The notes under the pieces were generated by a model. It was given only the letters and a program-made list of their open reading frames with translations, did not search any database and was not told the DNA's origin. A DNA stretch of 64,000 nucleotides from Octopus sinensis (Eukaryota), in assembly GCF_006345805.1 (NCBI RefSeq), contig NC_043018.1:28148001-28212000 (forward strand), read 5' to 3'. Position 1 is the stretch's first letter. Each line of letters starts with the position of its first letter. Both the position numbers and the translations under genes were made by a program. Shown in pieces: positions 1-13,546 of the stretch.

Positions 1-21
1 ACGCTCATGGAGGTGAGACAA

Positions 22-59
22 CCTCTTACGTTTCGAGCTTACGCTCTTCAGCAGAAAGG
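22..59 (-). ncRNA. Degenerate minimal hammerhead (A6>C)
   Basis: Reverse complement CCTTT-CTGCTGA-A-GAGC-GTAA-GCTC-GAA-ACGT-A-AGAGG: stems I and II pair, but the core has A6 changed to C. Confidence 0.6.
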
Positions 60-368
60 AACACGAGTAAATAAACGACGAGAATAAAAAAGAAAGCTTT
101 AGTAGTTAGCGGTGGGGTGCGGTTGTGTGTATGTGTATATATGTAGAGAAAGAGCATAAAATGTTAAGATATATGAGAGGTGAATATATTTTCTTCTAAC
201 CACTTGATATCCGCAGGATTGCGGCCGTTTCTCTGCCATAATCACGTAATAATGAAAAGTTCCAGTGCTCAATCGATTATGTTACATATCTGCACCAATA
301 TACCTGCTACACATTCCACAGTACATTTGTACAATTACAAATCAATGCAGATGTATAAAGTTTGCCCC

Positions 369-1020
<652 letters not shown>

Positions 1021-1962
1021 ACTCAATAATAATAATAACGATAGTTATTTTTATTGATGAATGGTGAAAGCAGCGTAACGCACGTTGTAACTTAAGTTGT
1101 GCAGATTTATAATATGAAAATAATTAAGATGTTTACTGCTCTTCTACTCTTCTATTTGTTTTAGTCATTTGACAGCGGCCCTGCTGGAGCACCATCTTTA
1201 GTTGAACAAAACTACTCCAAGACCTACTCTTTGTAAGACTAGTAATTTATTCTACCAGTTTCTTTTACCGAACCGCTAAGTTATGGGGACGTGCATACAT
1301 CACTTTATCCTATGTAATACCTCTGATTTTTCTTACTTATTACACCACCCCATATATTATATATATATATATATATATATAGTCATACTTTTCTCACGAA
1401 GCACATAGATCGCATAGAATTGCTCAAGTCAAACCTGGAACGTTAGACAAGTATAATAAATGAAATGGAAATAATTCTAGTCAGGCAAACTATAATGAAC
1501 ACATATGTATACAGATTTAATTAGGAAAAAATTGCCGAAAATAAAGCATATATTATGGAGATGTACATGCATAGTAAATGACCTGATATGAGATCATGTT
1601 CTGAAACAAAAACAATTTCAGCGTGGAAACCATTTAAAAACATACAAAAGTCGTTAGATTCACTTCAACATTTAAATTCAATTTGTAAAAATATTTTGCC
1701 GCTTTGAAACCGCGATCTGTTCACTAACAAAACTCTGTGTTGCACGGAATTTCGAAAAGTGATGATGTAACTCTTCAATGTTGTAAAACAAAAATTTGTC
1801 AGGATAAAACATAAGAGTTAACAACTGTCAAACTTAGTGCATAAGAAAATCAACCAATTCATTCTTAATGACCCGATACATACATACATACATATATATA
1901 CATACATACATAATACATACATACATACATACATACATACATACATAACATACATACATACA

Positions 1963-1996
<34 letters not shown>

Positions 1997-2028
1997 ATAT
2001 ACATACATACATACATATATATATATAC

Positions 2029-2101
<73 letters not shown>

Positions 2102-2109
2102 CAAGGAAT

Positions 2110-2160
2110 TTTGTCAGAGAACAGGTCGCGGTCTCAAAGCGACGAAAATATTTTGACAAA
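2110..2160 (+). ncRNA. Minimal hammerhead-like motif with G3/C8 core variant (this copy also U4>A)
   Basis: TTTGTCA-GAGAACA-G-GTCGC-GGTCTCAAA-GCGAC-GAA-AATATT-T-TGACAAA. An inverted sister copy at 1681-1732 has GTGAACA but has lost G12. Confidence 0.5.
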
Positions 2161-2624
2161 TTAAATTTAAATGCTGAAGTGAATCTAAAGGTTTCTTGAA
2201 TGGCTCATAAACACCTTCCACGCTGCAAAACGTATATTGATATATCAAAAATATAAAAATATATGAATATTAAAAATATTTATGGACATAAAAATATATG
2301 AATACATAAACATAGAAATAATATAATGAAGTACAGGATTATAGATAAAAAGGTTTTAAAAAAAGAATTGAAAATATAGTGAAGTGGAAATGATAGGCAT
2401 CAAAAGAGTTTTCGGTTACATATTAAAGGAAATATATTCCAACGTCGTTTCAGGCGTTTATTCGTCTGCGTAAAAAATAAATCTCAAATTTCATTTTCAG
2501 AGAATGTCTCCTTCATCAGGAGAAAAAATGATATTTGTATACACATGCATACATCTATACACACACACACACACACAGACACACACACGCACACACACAC
2601 ACACACACATACAAACACGCATAC

Positions 2625-2798
2625 GGGTAAGAGTGTCTGTGTTGTAAGTAGCTTGGTTCACGACCATACGGTTCCAGGTTCAGTCTCACTGCGTGACACC
2701 TTGGGCAAGTGTCTTCTACTATAGCCTCTGACCGAGCAAAGCCTTGTGAGTGGAATTGGTAGAGGGAAACTGAAAGAAGCCCGCCGTATATATATATG

Positions 2799-2854
<56 letters not shown>

Positions 2855-3085
2855 TATGCGTGTGTATGTGTGCGTGTATATGTTTGTGTATCTCTGTCCC
2901 AACAACATCGCTTGACAACCGATGCTAGTGCGTTTACGTCCCTGTAACAAGCGCTTCAGCAAAAGAGACTGATATAATACGTACTAGGCTAACAAAGATT
3001 AAGTCCTGGGGTCGATTTGCTCGAGTAAAGGCAGTGCTCTAGCATGGCAGCTGTCAAATGACTGAAACAAGTAAAAAAATGAAAG
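2625..3085 (+). mobile_element. tRNA-derived SINE, family B (CR1-like 3' tail)
   Basis: Head with A/B-box-like motifs, internal (TA)(TG)n, tail agcatggc..gtcaaatgactgaaacaagtaaaa. Other copies at ~1160-1290(-), 3100-3400(-), 18980-19150(-), 23060-23335(-) and 23985-24390(+). Confidence 0.85.
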
Positions 3086-4045
3086 AATATATATATTATT
3101 TTATCTTTTACTTGTGGGGCATGGTAATTATTCTATCGGTTACTTTTGCAAATGGCTAAGTTACTGGGACGTAAATAAACCAACGTTATTTGTCAAACGT
3201 TAGTTGGGGGATATACTCAGATAGAAAAGTAGAAACACATGGCTATATGTATGTATATAGGACAAGCTTCTTTCAGTTTCCGTGTACCAAATCTACTCGC
3301 AAGGCTTTGGCCGGCTTAAGGCTATAGCAGAAGACACTTGTCTAAGGTGCCACACAGTGGGACTGAACCCAGAACCATATGATTGAGAAGCAAGCCTGTA
3401 AATATATGGCTATGCAGTTCAGAAGCTAGCTTTGCTGCAACGAGTTTTGGGGTTTAGTCGCGGAGCACCTCGTTGGGTAAGTGTATTAACGCTTTATTTC
3501 TTGAAATATGGATTGAAATGAATAAAAATAACAGTCATATCTCCTGAATTTATTGCATAGGATCTCATAAATGCACACTCATACAAGGATAGAATCAATG
3601 TCCAGCCATATATTCAATGTCAGTGGCGAAATCTTTTATGTAGGAGAGTAACGAATTGTTCCTTTCCATGTAACAAATGCAATGTATATAGATAATTCGA
3701 AGGATTTAATACCCATAAAATATAATGTTTATAGAAGTACATTATCTTAAATGTGTTTCCTCTTTTAAGATTGTAAAATTTGATTTAAAAGGTAGTTGAC
3801 TATTATGTCTTGTAGGTCGACCACATTAAGTAGAGGGCAGCTTCTTCATACCTTCGTTATTGTTATTGTTAATCCAGTTAAACAATGGTCTCATCTCCGT
3901 ATTTTCACACTTTCTCCATATTCATGTTGTCTTTAATGGATCCATATTGTGTTACCCTAAGTGGTTTTCCATTATCGGAAACAATTTGAAACCGATTATT
4001 ATTGCAAAATTTCTTCATGTTGTTTTTCCCCTCTTGTTGTTGTTG

Positions 4046-4107
<62 letters not shown>

Positions 4108-4543
4108 TTTATTATCGTTGTTGTTGTTGTTGTTGCTGTTACAGACGTCCTATCGTAAAAGTTTAGAGTGAAATCCTCTTCAAATGCTGTCGTTGTAGTT
4201 TGTAGTGTTGTAACTGTGGGCAGAGATATTGGTTGTGAAGGAAATGCAATCCACATTAAATATACAAGGGACTGGAATAAGATAATGATTGAGAGAAGAA
4301 AGAGAAGAAGAAATTATAAATCATAGATACATATGTTTACTTTTATAGGGATGTGATTGTCATCCTTTTTTCATTAATGTTATTATAGCATCAGGTAGAG
4401 TGGTTTGCATTGCTCTAAGGTTTCCAGAAGAAACGGCTTTCGACACCCGTAGTCGATGCTACGGCTATTCCCGTTATCGAATCCACACTACCAAAAAATA
4501 GGATTCCAATTGATTCCAGTTGAGCCGATCAACGAACAACCTG

Positions 4544-4954
4544 CGGATCTTTTCGGTTTGAACGGCATTTTTTAAAAATAATTTCCATGTAACTAAACAC
4601 TTTAAAATATCGTATACTGGTAGAATGTGTTTATAAAATATCTTTTTCTCCTGGCTTTATTGAGAAAATTCTATAGTTTGTAAGTTATTTGTTGTTTTTT
4701 TTCTTCAATTTCTGCAATTTCAACCAATCAACGACGTCTATTGAGGTGAAAACATTCTGTGCCGTATGAATATGTCCCTCGTTTAAGAAACAGATTGGGT
4801 TTATTTACATTTGTGAAAAAAAAGAGATACCCTTCCCCCACCCCTAACCCTAAAACAGATTGAAATGCAATAGATCGATTCTAGGATCATAATTATGGGT
4901 AACAATTTCATATGACACCGCTAGAAAAACTGCCGTTCAAACCGAAAAGATCCC
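4544..4954 (+). mobile_element. MITE with ~25-bp TIRs and 6-bp TSD (aacctg), inserted into a SINE
   Basis: (G)GGATCTTTTCGGTTTGAACGGCA...TGCCGTTCAAACCGAAAAGATCCC; TSD at 4538-43 and 4955-60. Confidence 0.92.
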
Positions 4955-5149
4955 AACCTGGTCGTTTAATTAACGTGCAAGTGGCTGAAAATCCACAGAC
5001 ATGCGTACACATAACGTAGTTCTCAGGGAGATTCAGTGTGACACAATGTGAGAAAATGTTCCTTGGTATTACAGGTACAACTCATTTTTGCCAGCTGAGT
5101 GGACTGAAACAATGTGAAATATATATATATATATATATACATATATATA

Positions 5150-5636
5150 TACTAGCAGTATTGCTCGGCTTTGCAAAATGGTCACAATTAATTCAAAGCG
5201 TTAAAAATGTTATGAAAACAATTGGTAGGTGTTCACAAAGTCCAAACGATTAATACGAAAAAACCCTCCAGGCTACATCCTGAAAATTCATTCATTTGCT
5301 GAATTTCTACAATGTTTACGGCGTTTCGATTTTATATCTTGATTTTTTATTTTTCATGCAATTTACGCATGCTTGCACGCGTGGTGAACACAGTTCACGT
5401 CAAACAGCTGACTGAGTAAAGTGCACTATTCAATGCATGGGATAAGGCCTAAACAAACACGTTATCAATTTTTGCACTTGCGAGATGAATTTCGGAACAG
5501 AAATAGCGCAGTTCAATTTTCATTCGCCTAAACTTTAAGTGACCCATTTCTGGTGGTTCTACGATTTGTTGGCTAGGAGGAGATATGCCGGGAAGTTAAA
5601 CACACAGACACACACACAGATAGACACACAAGTTGA

Positions 5637-5660
<24 letters not shown>
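5150..5660 (+). mobile_element. Probable non-autonomous Helitron/Helentron-like element
   Basis: Starts tactagcagtattgctcggc and ends with a (CA/CAGA)n tract then ttttatatata, a layout typical of DINE-like elements; no transposase seen. Confidence 0.45.
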
Positions 5661-5714
<54 letters not shown>

Positions 5715-5741
5715 TAATATATATATATATATACTGGTATT

Positions 5742-6014
5742 TATATAAGCTTAATATTATAGCGATCACTGTGCGATGTCGAAAGAAAATAGTCCAATAA
5801 TGGGTCATATAACCCTCCACAGACAAAAAAAGCAGGCTTTCACATCCGCGCCGCGTGTAATAACACACTTAGTCGCGTTAACAAAGAGATGTGGGTTCAG
5901 ATTCCAAAAGGATGGGAAAGCCTACTTTTTCTCTGTCGCGGGGTTCTATGCCACATTATTAGGCTATTCTCGTTACTCATTGCACGGTGATCACTGTAAG
6001 GTTTAAGCTTATAT
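5742..6014. mobile_element. Small MITE-like element with ~35-bp imperfect TIRs
   Basis: tatataagcttaa...gatcactgtgcgatg at the left end versus cattgcacggtgatcac...ttaagcttatata at the right end. Confidence 0.6.
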
Positions 6015-6083
6015 AAATAACATTATTATTATTTACAGTATTGTAAAACTCGGCACTGTATAACACAACTATTCGCACTGAAA

Positions 6084-6143
<60 letters not shown>

Positions 6144-6164
6144 GCCTTATTATTATTATTATTA

Positions 6165-6233
<69 letters not shown>

Positions 6234-6234
6234 G

Positions 6235-6297
<63 letters not shown>

Positions 6298-7255
6298 TAT
6301 TATTCAGGTCACTACTTGAAATCAAACTCGGAATGTTGGGTTTAGTAGCCCGTGCTCTTAACCACAACGCCATATGGAGTGTATTTTTGGGTATATAAAT
6401 CTAATATTTTCCTATCCTTCCTTAATACCGGTTTCGATTGCCGGATCCAAGAGTTGTGAATGTTTATTGAGCATAAACATCTAAGGGGTGGGGGGGGACG
6501 AACCTTGCTGTACTGTTTCTCTCACTCTTTCTTCCTGTTTCTGTTATACCTGTATTTCAAAGGCCCAGCCTTGTCACACTCGGACAGAATAATTATGTTT
6601 TTTTTTAATATTTGTTAGATTGTATGAAATATTATCGGAATCGATGTGTGAGTCCATTTTACCAAATATTAAAATTCGAAATCAAAAATTAGATAATAAA
6701 TTATAAACAAATTATAAAATAAGCAAAAATTGGAAATTGAAAATGTTTGTTCCCGTATTCTATGCGCAATTAAGCACTTTGTTTCCTATTTCTTCTTAGA
6801 GTCTCTTCATACATATGTCCTCGACGTAGAGGTCTGGAATGGAGTTCAAGAGATCAAGTGTCAAAAATTCTATTGAATTCAAAAGCAGATTTCTTCAGTC
6901 AAAAATTCTTTTGAATGGAATAAATTATTTCTTTTTCCAAATATGGTTAGTTGCGCATTGGTGCATCCGTGCGTGCATGTGTGTATTGTTTTATGTGTGT
7001 AAAGGATGATCTGAAAGGTTGTGGATAGAATTGTTTTTCTTTTTCATCGTGGTGCGCGCGCTTGTGTCTGCGTGTGTATGTGTTGGCATGCGTTTTGTTT
7101 TGGGAGAATATGTTTGGGAGAAGGAATTACTTTTTGCATTGACTCTTCACTCATTGCAACTATATATATATATACCTATGATTGATTCTAGTTTCAGCTC
7201 ACGGGCTGTGGCCATGCTGGGGCACCGCCATTTGGTGTTGCTACATGGTTTTACT

Positions 7256-10200
7256 TCACGAATGCTTTTTAGCAACTGCCATTTGGTGCATGAGAGAGTT
7301 CGATGCAGCTGCCTTCATCTGCACCTCCTGTCGTGAAGTTGGTTCATCTGGGATACCTGACAAGAAAAGATCCAGTTTCATTTTAAAGACATCTGCATCC
7401 ACCCCATGCATGTCTCTTAGGTTCTTCGGGAGGATATTGAAGAGCTGTGGGCCTCGGAAGCCCAGGCTATCACAGTATCTTGTCCTACATCTTGATGGCA
7501 AATTTGGAGTCCCAGGCACCACGCAGTGGCGCCCAGTTCTGGCATTTGTGTAACTCTCGATGCCAAAGTTTGGGACAAGTCCTTCCAGGATCTTCCAGAT
7601 GTATATTATGGCATATCTTTCTCGCCTACGCTCCAAGGAATAGAGTTTTAATCTCTTGAGTATTTCCCAGTAGCTTATATTCTGCACAGAGGCTATCTTC
7701 TTCGTGTAGCTACGTTAGATCGCCTCAAGTTCTGTGATCAACTTGACACTGGATGGTGACCATAGCTGAGAGCAATAGTCAAAGTGGCTTAGGACAAGTG
7801 TCCTCCAGAGGACCATCATGGTTTCTTGTTCTCTTGTTCTAAAGGTTCTGAGAATCCATCCGGCCAGTCGTCTACATTTCATTGTCAATTTAGCAACATG
7901 TACACGAAAGGTTGGGTCATCACTCATGTAAATACCCAGGTCACGCACTGATTGTGCCTCTGGGATTGCAATTCCTCCGGGTCCAGTGTATTCATTGGGT
8001 ATTGCATTTAGTTTTGCATGCTGATAGCATAAAGCTTGAAACTTTTCAGCATTGAACTGCATGCTATTCTTTTCAGCCCACTTGTATATTTTGTCCAGCT
8101 CACATTGCAGGCGTTTAGTGTCCTCAGGGTTCTGTATTGCCTGTGAAACTATTGTATCATCTGCATAACTTGTGATCGTGGCTCTCTGCGTGGCTGAGGG
8201 CATGTCTGAGAGGGCCATTATGAACAGTAGTGGTCCCAAAACAGTGCCCTGTGGAACACCGCTCACTATTTGCGTGTTAATGGAAGTGGCCCCATTGGCT
8301 ACTACCACCTGACTTCTATCTTTCAGAAAGTCATGAAGCCATTCTCCCAGTTTTCCAACTATGCTGAGATCACGCAGTTTGTGACATATCATTCCATGAT
8401 CGACTTTATCAAAGGCCTTTGCAAAGTCGAGATATATCACTTCCACATTTGAGTGGTTGAGCAGTCGTTTCAGCACCCAGTCATAGTGTTGTAGGAGCTG
8501 AGTTAAGCAGCTTCTTCCTGGTCGGAAACCATGTTGGGTGTCAGGCAGCAAGTCATTTTCTTCAAGGAAGGTGATCAGTTTCCTTCTGACTATTCGTTCC
8601 ATGACCTTGCTGATGTATGAGGTCAGAGAGATAGGTTTGTAGTTCTTGGCCTCCGCTCTGCTACCTCCTTTATGAATAGGGCATATTTTACCTTCCTTCA
8701 GTTTTCTTGGAAGTTTGCCAGCTGCAAGGAAGCTCTGAAAGAAGAACTGCAGTGGTCTTGCTAGGACTCTCTTACATACCTTTAGGAGGATTGCCGGGAA
8801 TCCATCGGGGCCAGTAGCTGAGTTTGTTTTCATTTCATCTATAGCCTTGATTACATCGTCTTCCTTTATATCGATGTAATCTATCGTCGCTGCCTCTGAT
8901 TTTATATCTGCAGTGGTAAAGAAGTCAGTTGGATTGGTGATTTGGAAATGCCCAAGGGGTGGAGTGAAAACATTCTTGAATTGCTCATTCAGTATTTCAC
9001 TTACCCTCATTGGTTTTCCTGTGAGTGTGCCATCCTTTTCAAGGAGTGGCCCTATCCTACAGTGCACCGTAGCTGTTTCTTTGGCATACCTGTAGAAAGC
9101 TCTGGGGTTAGATTTTATGTTGTCTATAGCCCAGGCTTCTTTGTCTGCTCTTTCCTTTTCATGGGAGAGTTGCAGACATTTTTCAATTTCCAACAGTTTT
9201 ATTTTCAGGCGGGACTTTTCACTGCTTTCAATCTGTTTGTTTAGGCGATTTGAAATTTTTGTACGCCATCTCATTAAAATTTTTCTCTCTCAGGGGATTT
9301 TGTTCTTGTGTACAGTGGCCTTTCTCTCAGGGACACATTTGTAGCATATGGCTTGCATTTCAGACATGAATTGTTGAAGTTTCACGTCGATGTCTGGCCA
9401 GGAGAGACATTCAGGCCAGTTTTGTTTGAGGATCTCTTTCTCAATTTGTTTCCAGTTTGCCTTATGGAAGTTCAAGCTGGAAAGATTCTGAGGGTTTCTT
9501 GTAGGCTGCATGTCCATGCTTTCCTTTGGCCCGTACATGGTCAGCTCTACCATGTTGTGATCCGAGAGTAGTGTCGGTGTCACTTTCACATTATGGATGA
9601 GATCCATATTATTTGTGAAGCAGAGATCCAGTGTGTTACCTGCCCTGGTTGGTTGGAGTATTACTTGCTCCATGTACAGGGTGTTGATGAGGTTCAGGAG
9701 GGACCTCGCCTGTCCTCGTTCACATCTTGTCATTCCTGGGAGAGAAAGGCCCTCGGGCCATATGACATTGGGTAGATTGAAGTCTCCCATAAGAAGTACA
9801 CTTATGTGTTGTTGTAATGTGATTAGAACTTCTTCTATTTTTATAAGGCAGTCTTCAAACTTGCCTACATGGCTTGGGCATCTGGAGGGCGATATGTAGC
9901 ACACACAACTACATCAATTTGCCTTATATGCACAATTAGTGTGTCACACACCGAGTTTGAGTATGACAAAAGGACCTGGGATGTGAGGTCCTCACAGATG
10001 TACATGGCAACTCCTCCATGACTCCTTTCTTTTCTGTCGGTCCGTAGTACAACATACTGTGGTATGTGTAATTCCGCATCTGCTATGTCCGGTTTCAGGT
10101 GCGTTTCCGTAAGTGCTATGCATAAGGCTTGATTGCATGCAACAAAGTCTCTCAAGAACGGGATTGTTGTCCTGTTACTGAGTGTTTGCAGTCCTCTGAT

Positions 10201-10344
10201 GTTCAGTAGGAGCATCGAGGTGAGGTGTATGCTGTTGCCGGCGGTGTCCACCCTGGGTCTATTTGCTGCGGTGGTCTTGTATATCTGCGAGCTTGGGTTT
10301 GATGAAGCCAGGTTAGCTGCTGTACAATCTTTTGTGCCATGCAC
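7256..10344 (-). pseudogene. LINE ORF2 (APE endonuclease + reverse transcriptase), disrupted
   Basis: APE motifs LLNIRGL, ALTETHL, MGDFNLP, TLDLCF, SDHN. RT motifs GPDG, QHGFRPGRSC, YLDFAKAFDKV, GVPQGTVLGP, YADD. Lesions: one frameshift near 9865-9904, in-frame TGA at 9290-92, and TAA at 7715-17 (CAA in the sister copy at ~21600). Confidence 0.95.
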
Positions 10345-11093
10345 AAAAAAGATTCTTGTTCAGCAGCTGCCCTTTCAACAACATCATGTTGGCGGTTTGT
10401 GGCACGCACCACATCTGCGTACCTCTGTTTTGGGGCAGGTGGTGCGTGGTCCATCCCTTTTCCTTTTGTTAGTTTGTTTCTGATCTGTTTCGTGTCTCTG
10501 CGGCAGGGTCCCCGATGTGCAAAACGGCAGCCTGCACCTTCCTCTCCATGCCAGCAGGTACCTCTCAGGTAGAACCTACACACCCGTGTGCGCTGTTTGT
10601 TTCCATCCTTTTTGGTATATGGATAGTCAGTTTTACTTCTATTCTTGGCTGTTTCATTTTTTGGTTTTGTTTGAGTTTTTCTTTTAGTTTTTCCTCCTTT
10701 TATTTCTTCTTTGGGTTCTTCATCTCCATGGCTTTTGGTGCTGGTAGGAGCACTTGCACTTGGATTTACTTCCCGGGCAGGTTTCTCACTTGAAACCTCT
10801 TCCCGGGTGTCTACTAGGTGGGGGTGGCTTCTTTCATCAGCACCCGTGTCTCCATCCTTGCCATCTTTACTTTGTTCGTTCTCAAAGATGGCATCAAGCG
10901 TGCCAATGTGAGATCTTATAAGTACATAGGAGCGTATAAACTCCTGCTTCTTTCGCTCTATCTGAGCTATTTTCCTTTTATAACTACCGCACTTCAGCGC
11001 AGCTGTAATTATATTGTTAGGGTTATCTCCGTCGGCGTATTGCCAGGCTCGTACGAACAACGCCAATTCGTCACGTCTCCAGGTTCTGGACAT
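10203..11093 (-). CDS. LINE ORF1 protein with a CCCH-type zinc finger
   Basis: 296-aa open frame directly upstream of and overlapping ORF2; CRFYLRGTCWHGEEGAGCRFAH is C-x7-C-x8-C-x3-H, preceded by a Lys-rich stretch. Confidence 0.75.
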   Translation of the reverse strand: MSRTWRRDELALFVRAWQYADGDNPNNIITAALKCGSYKRKIAQIERKKQEFIRSYVLIRSHIGTLDAIFENEQSKDGKDGDTGADERSHPHLVDTREEVSSEKPAREVNPSASAPTSTKSHGDEEPKEEIKGGKTKRKTQTKPKNETAKNRSKTDYPYTKKDGNKQRTRVCRFYLRGTCWHGEEGAGCRFAHRGPCRRDTKQIRNKLTKGKGMDHAPPAPKQRYADVVRATNRQHDVVERAAAEQESFLCMAQKIVQQLTWLHQTQARRYTRPPQQIDPGWTPPATAYTSPRCSY

Positions 11094-11123
11094 GTTGGAT
11101 ACCCTATCTATTTATCTATCTAA

Positions 11124-11700
11124 TTATGTTTAAAATTTAATAGTGTGATAGAGGGCAGAGAAGTAGAGAAAGAAAGTGACTGTGTATTTAGAGAGATTCA
11201 GAGCTGAGAGAAGATAAGAAGATATTTTATTTATTTATCTATCTAATTATATCTATCTAATTATATTTATTTATCTATCTAATTATATCTATCTATTATA
11301 TCTAATTTAATTTAATTTATCTATCTAATTATATCTATCTATCATATCTAATTTAATTTAATTTATCTATCTAATTATATTTATTTATCTATCTAATTTA
11401 TTTATCTAATTATATTTAAAATTTAATAGTGTGATAGAGGGTAGAGAAGAAATAGAGAAAGAAAGTGACTGTGTATTTAAAGAGATTGAGAGCTGAGAGA
11501 AGATAAGAAGATATTTTATTTATTTATCTATCTAATTATATCTATCTATTATATCTAATTTATCTATCTAATTATATTTATTTATCTATCTAATTATATT
11601 TAAAATTTAATAGTGTGATAGAGGGTAGAGAAGAAATAGAGAAAGAAAGTGACTGTGTATTTAGAGAGATTGAGAGCTGAGAGAAGATAGTGACTATATA
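11124..11700. repeat. Three dispersed direct copies of a ~90-110-bp purine-rich block, possibly the LINE 5' UTR
   Basis: tttaaaatttaatagtgtgatagaggg...gagctgagagaagata at ~11128, ~11415 and ~11598, separated by (TATCTAAT)-like repeats. Confidence 0.8.
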
Positions 11701-12067
11701 TTTAGAAAAAATGAGAGGCTGAGAGAGGAAAGATTGTGTGACAGAGAGAAGTGGAGAAGTGAAGAGACACGGAAAGATTGAACGGCTGAAAGAAGAGAGA
11801 TGGTGTGATAGAGAGAAGTAAAGAGACAGAAGGAGAAAGAAAAGAAAGAGAGGAGGTTACGAAGCTGAAATAAAAATGAAAGATTAAGAAAATGAAAGAT
11901 TATTAACAGGAAAGCTGAAATAGAAAATAATAGATTCTGAAACAGAGATGGAAAGATTATTAAAGTTCGCGTCTATGTATATATACGTATATATACACGT
12001 GCACATACATACACATACATACACACATATACACATACAGAGAGAGAGAGGAGGTAGAATAGAGAGG

Positions 12068-12175
<108 letters not shown>

Positions 12176-12511
12176 CACTGTAACTAGGTAAATAGAATCT
12201 TCGAACAGAGACGGTCAGTAGCGACACCTGCGGGTCGACTACGCTGCATTGATAAAGTGCAACAACCCGGAAACATGTCTGCAGCTGTCTGACTAGCAGG
12301 ATGAAGCGGCTGACCTCCCCTGTTCGAAGGTTTATAACGGACGCAGTTTGTGTGTCAAGTAGCTAGCTAGAGGCGGTGGCCTCTTGGAGCTAATCAGCGA
12401 CAGCTTTAGTCTCATATTTATAAGACTGCCATATTAGTATGGCGATAACTATTAATTTCCAGTAACGCTGCCGTAATCTCCTTCAGAGAGACTTAGTAAT
12501 TTTAATATTTC

Positions 12512-12561
<50 letters not shown>

Positions 12562-12798
12562 ACGTTAGCCCGCCGGCCGAAATGCACAGCGGTATTTCTT
12601 CTGTCTTGAACGTTCTGAGTTCAAATTCCGCCGAGGTCGACTTTGCCTTTCATCCTTTCGGTGTCGATAAATTAAATGCCAGTTGCGTACTGGAGTCGAT
12701 CTAATCGACTGGCTCCCTCCCGCCAAAATTTCAGTCCTTGTGCCTAGAGTAGAAAAATATATACACACACATACATATATATTTACAGAGATATAGTG

Positions 12799-12856
<58 letters not shown>

Positions 12857-13484
12857 CGTCAACCAAATACATTCACTTCGTGCATCAGTTGACTTTTATT
12901 TTATTATGTCCTTAATTTTGACTAGCCTGTGTATGTATGTATGTATGTATGTATGAATGTATAGGCACTTGAATTGATGCTACAATAATGCACGATTAAC
13001 TTGTTGACTCTGCTCTCACGCATTATACCAATTTTGTTTACATATTAAGCTTCCATTCACGTTTAAGAAAGAAAAAAATGAACAAAAATACAAAAATACA
13101 TAAGCAAAAACCCATCGAAGTAGCGAATGTAATTTAAACAGATGGACTGCAGCAAATAGAAACTAAATATTTTTTGCCCTTAGGTTGTTCTATATTTACA
13201 TTTCTTTAAAAGCATATCAAGTACCCATAATTAGAATTAAATTGCTTTTCGATTCCTCTAACCACCAATTTATTGTGTATAGAATTCGTATTGTTTTTAT
13301 ATGTCCCAAGTCTATATGTACAAGTGCAGATACAATGCCAAATGGAATTTCTTGAAAGACATTTAAAACCATTTTTATTCACAAGGGTTTGCGTTTATCT
13401 TAATAATTAAGACTTATTTTTAACGATAATCATGACAATAATACGTTTTTGTTTGATATAATCTGCTTTTGCTGATAAAAAATA

Positions 13485-13546
<62 letters not shown>

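Larger units (their letters stand above)
7178..11110 (-). mobile_element. Near full-length CR1-group LINE (ORF1 + APE-RT ORF2), inactivated; 5' UTR may extend to ~11950
   Basis: ORF1 at 10203-11093; endonuclease and RT motifs; short 3' UTR ending in a stem-loop and an (AATC)n tail at ~7178. Confidence 0.95.

Noticed and set aside
2488-2530. Minus-strand CTGATGA-A-GGAGA...TCTCT-GAAA motif
   Set aside because: Helix III, the cleavage triplet and stem I do not form; at most a decayed relic.
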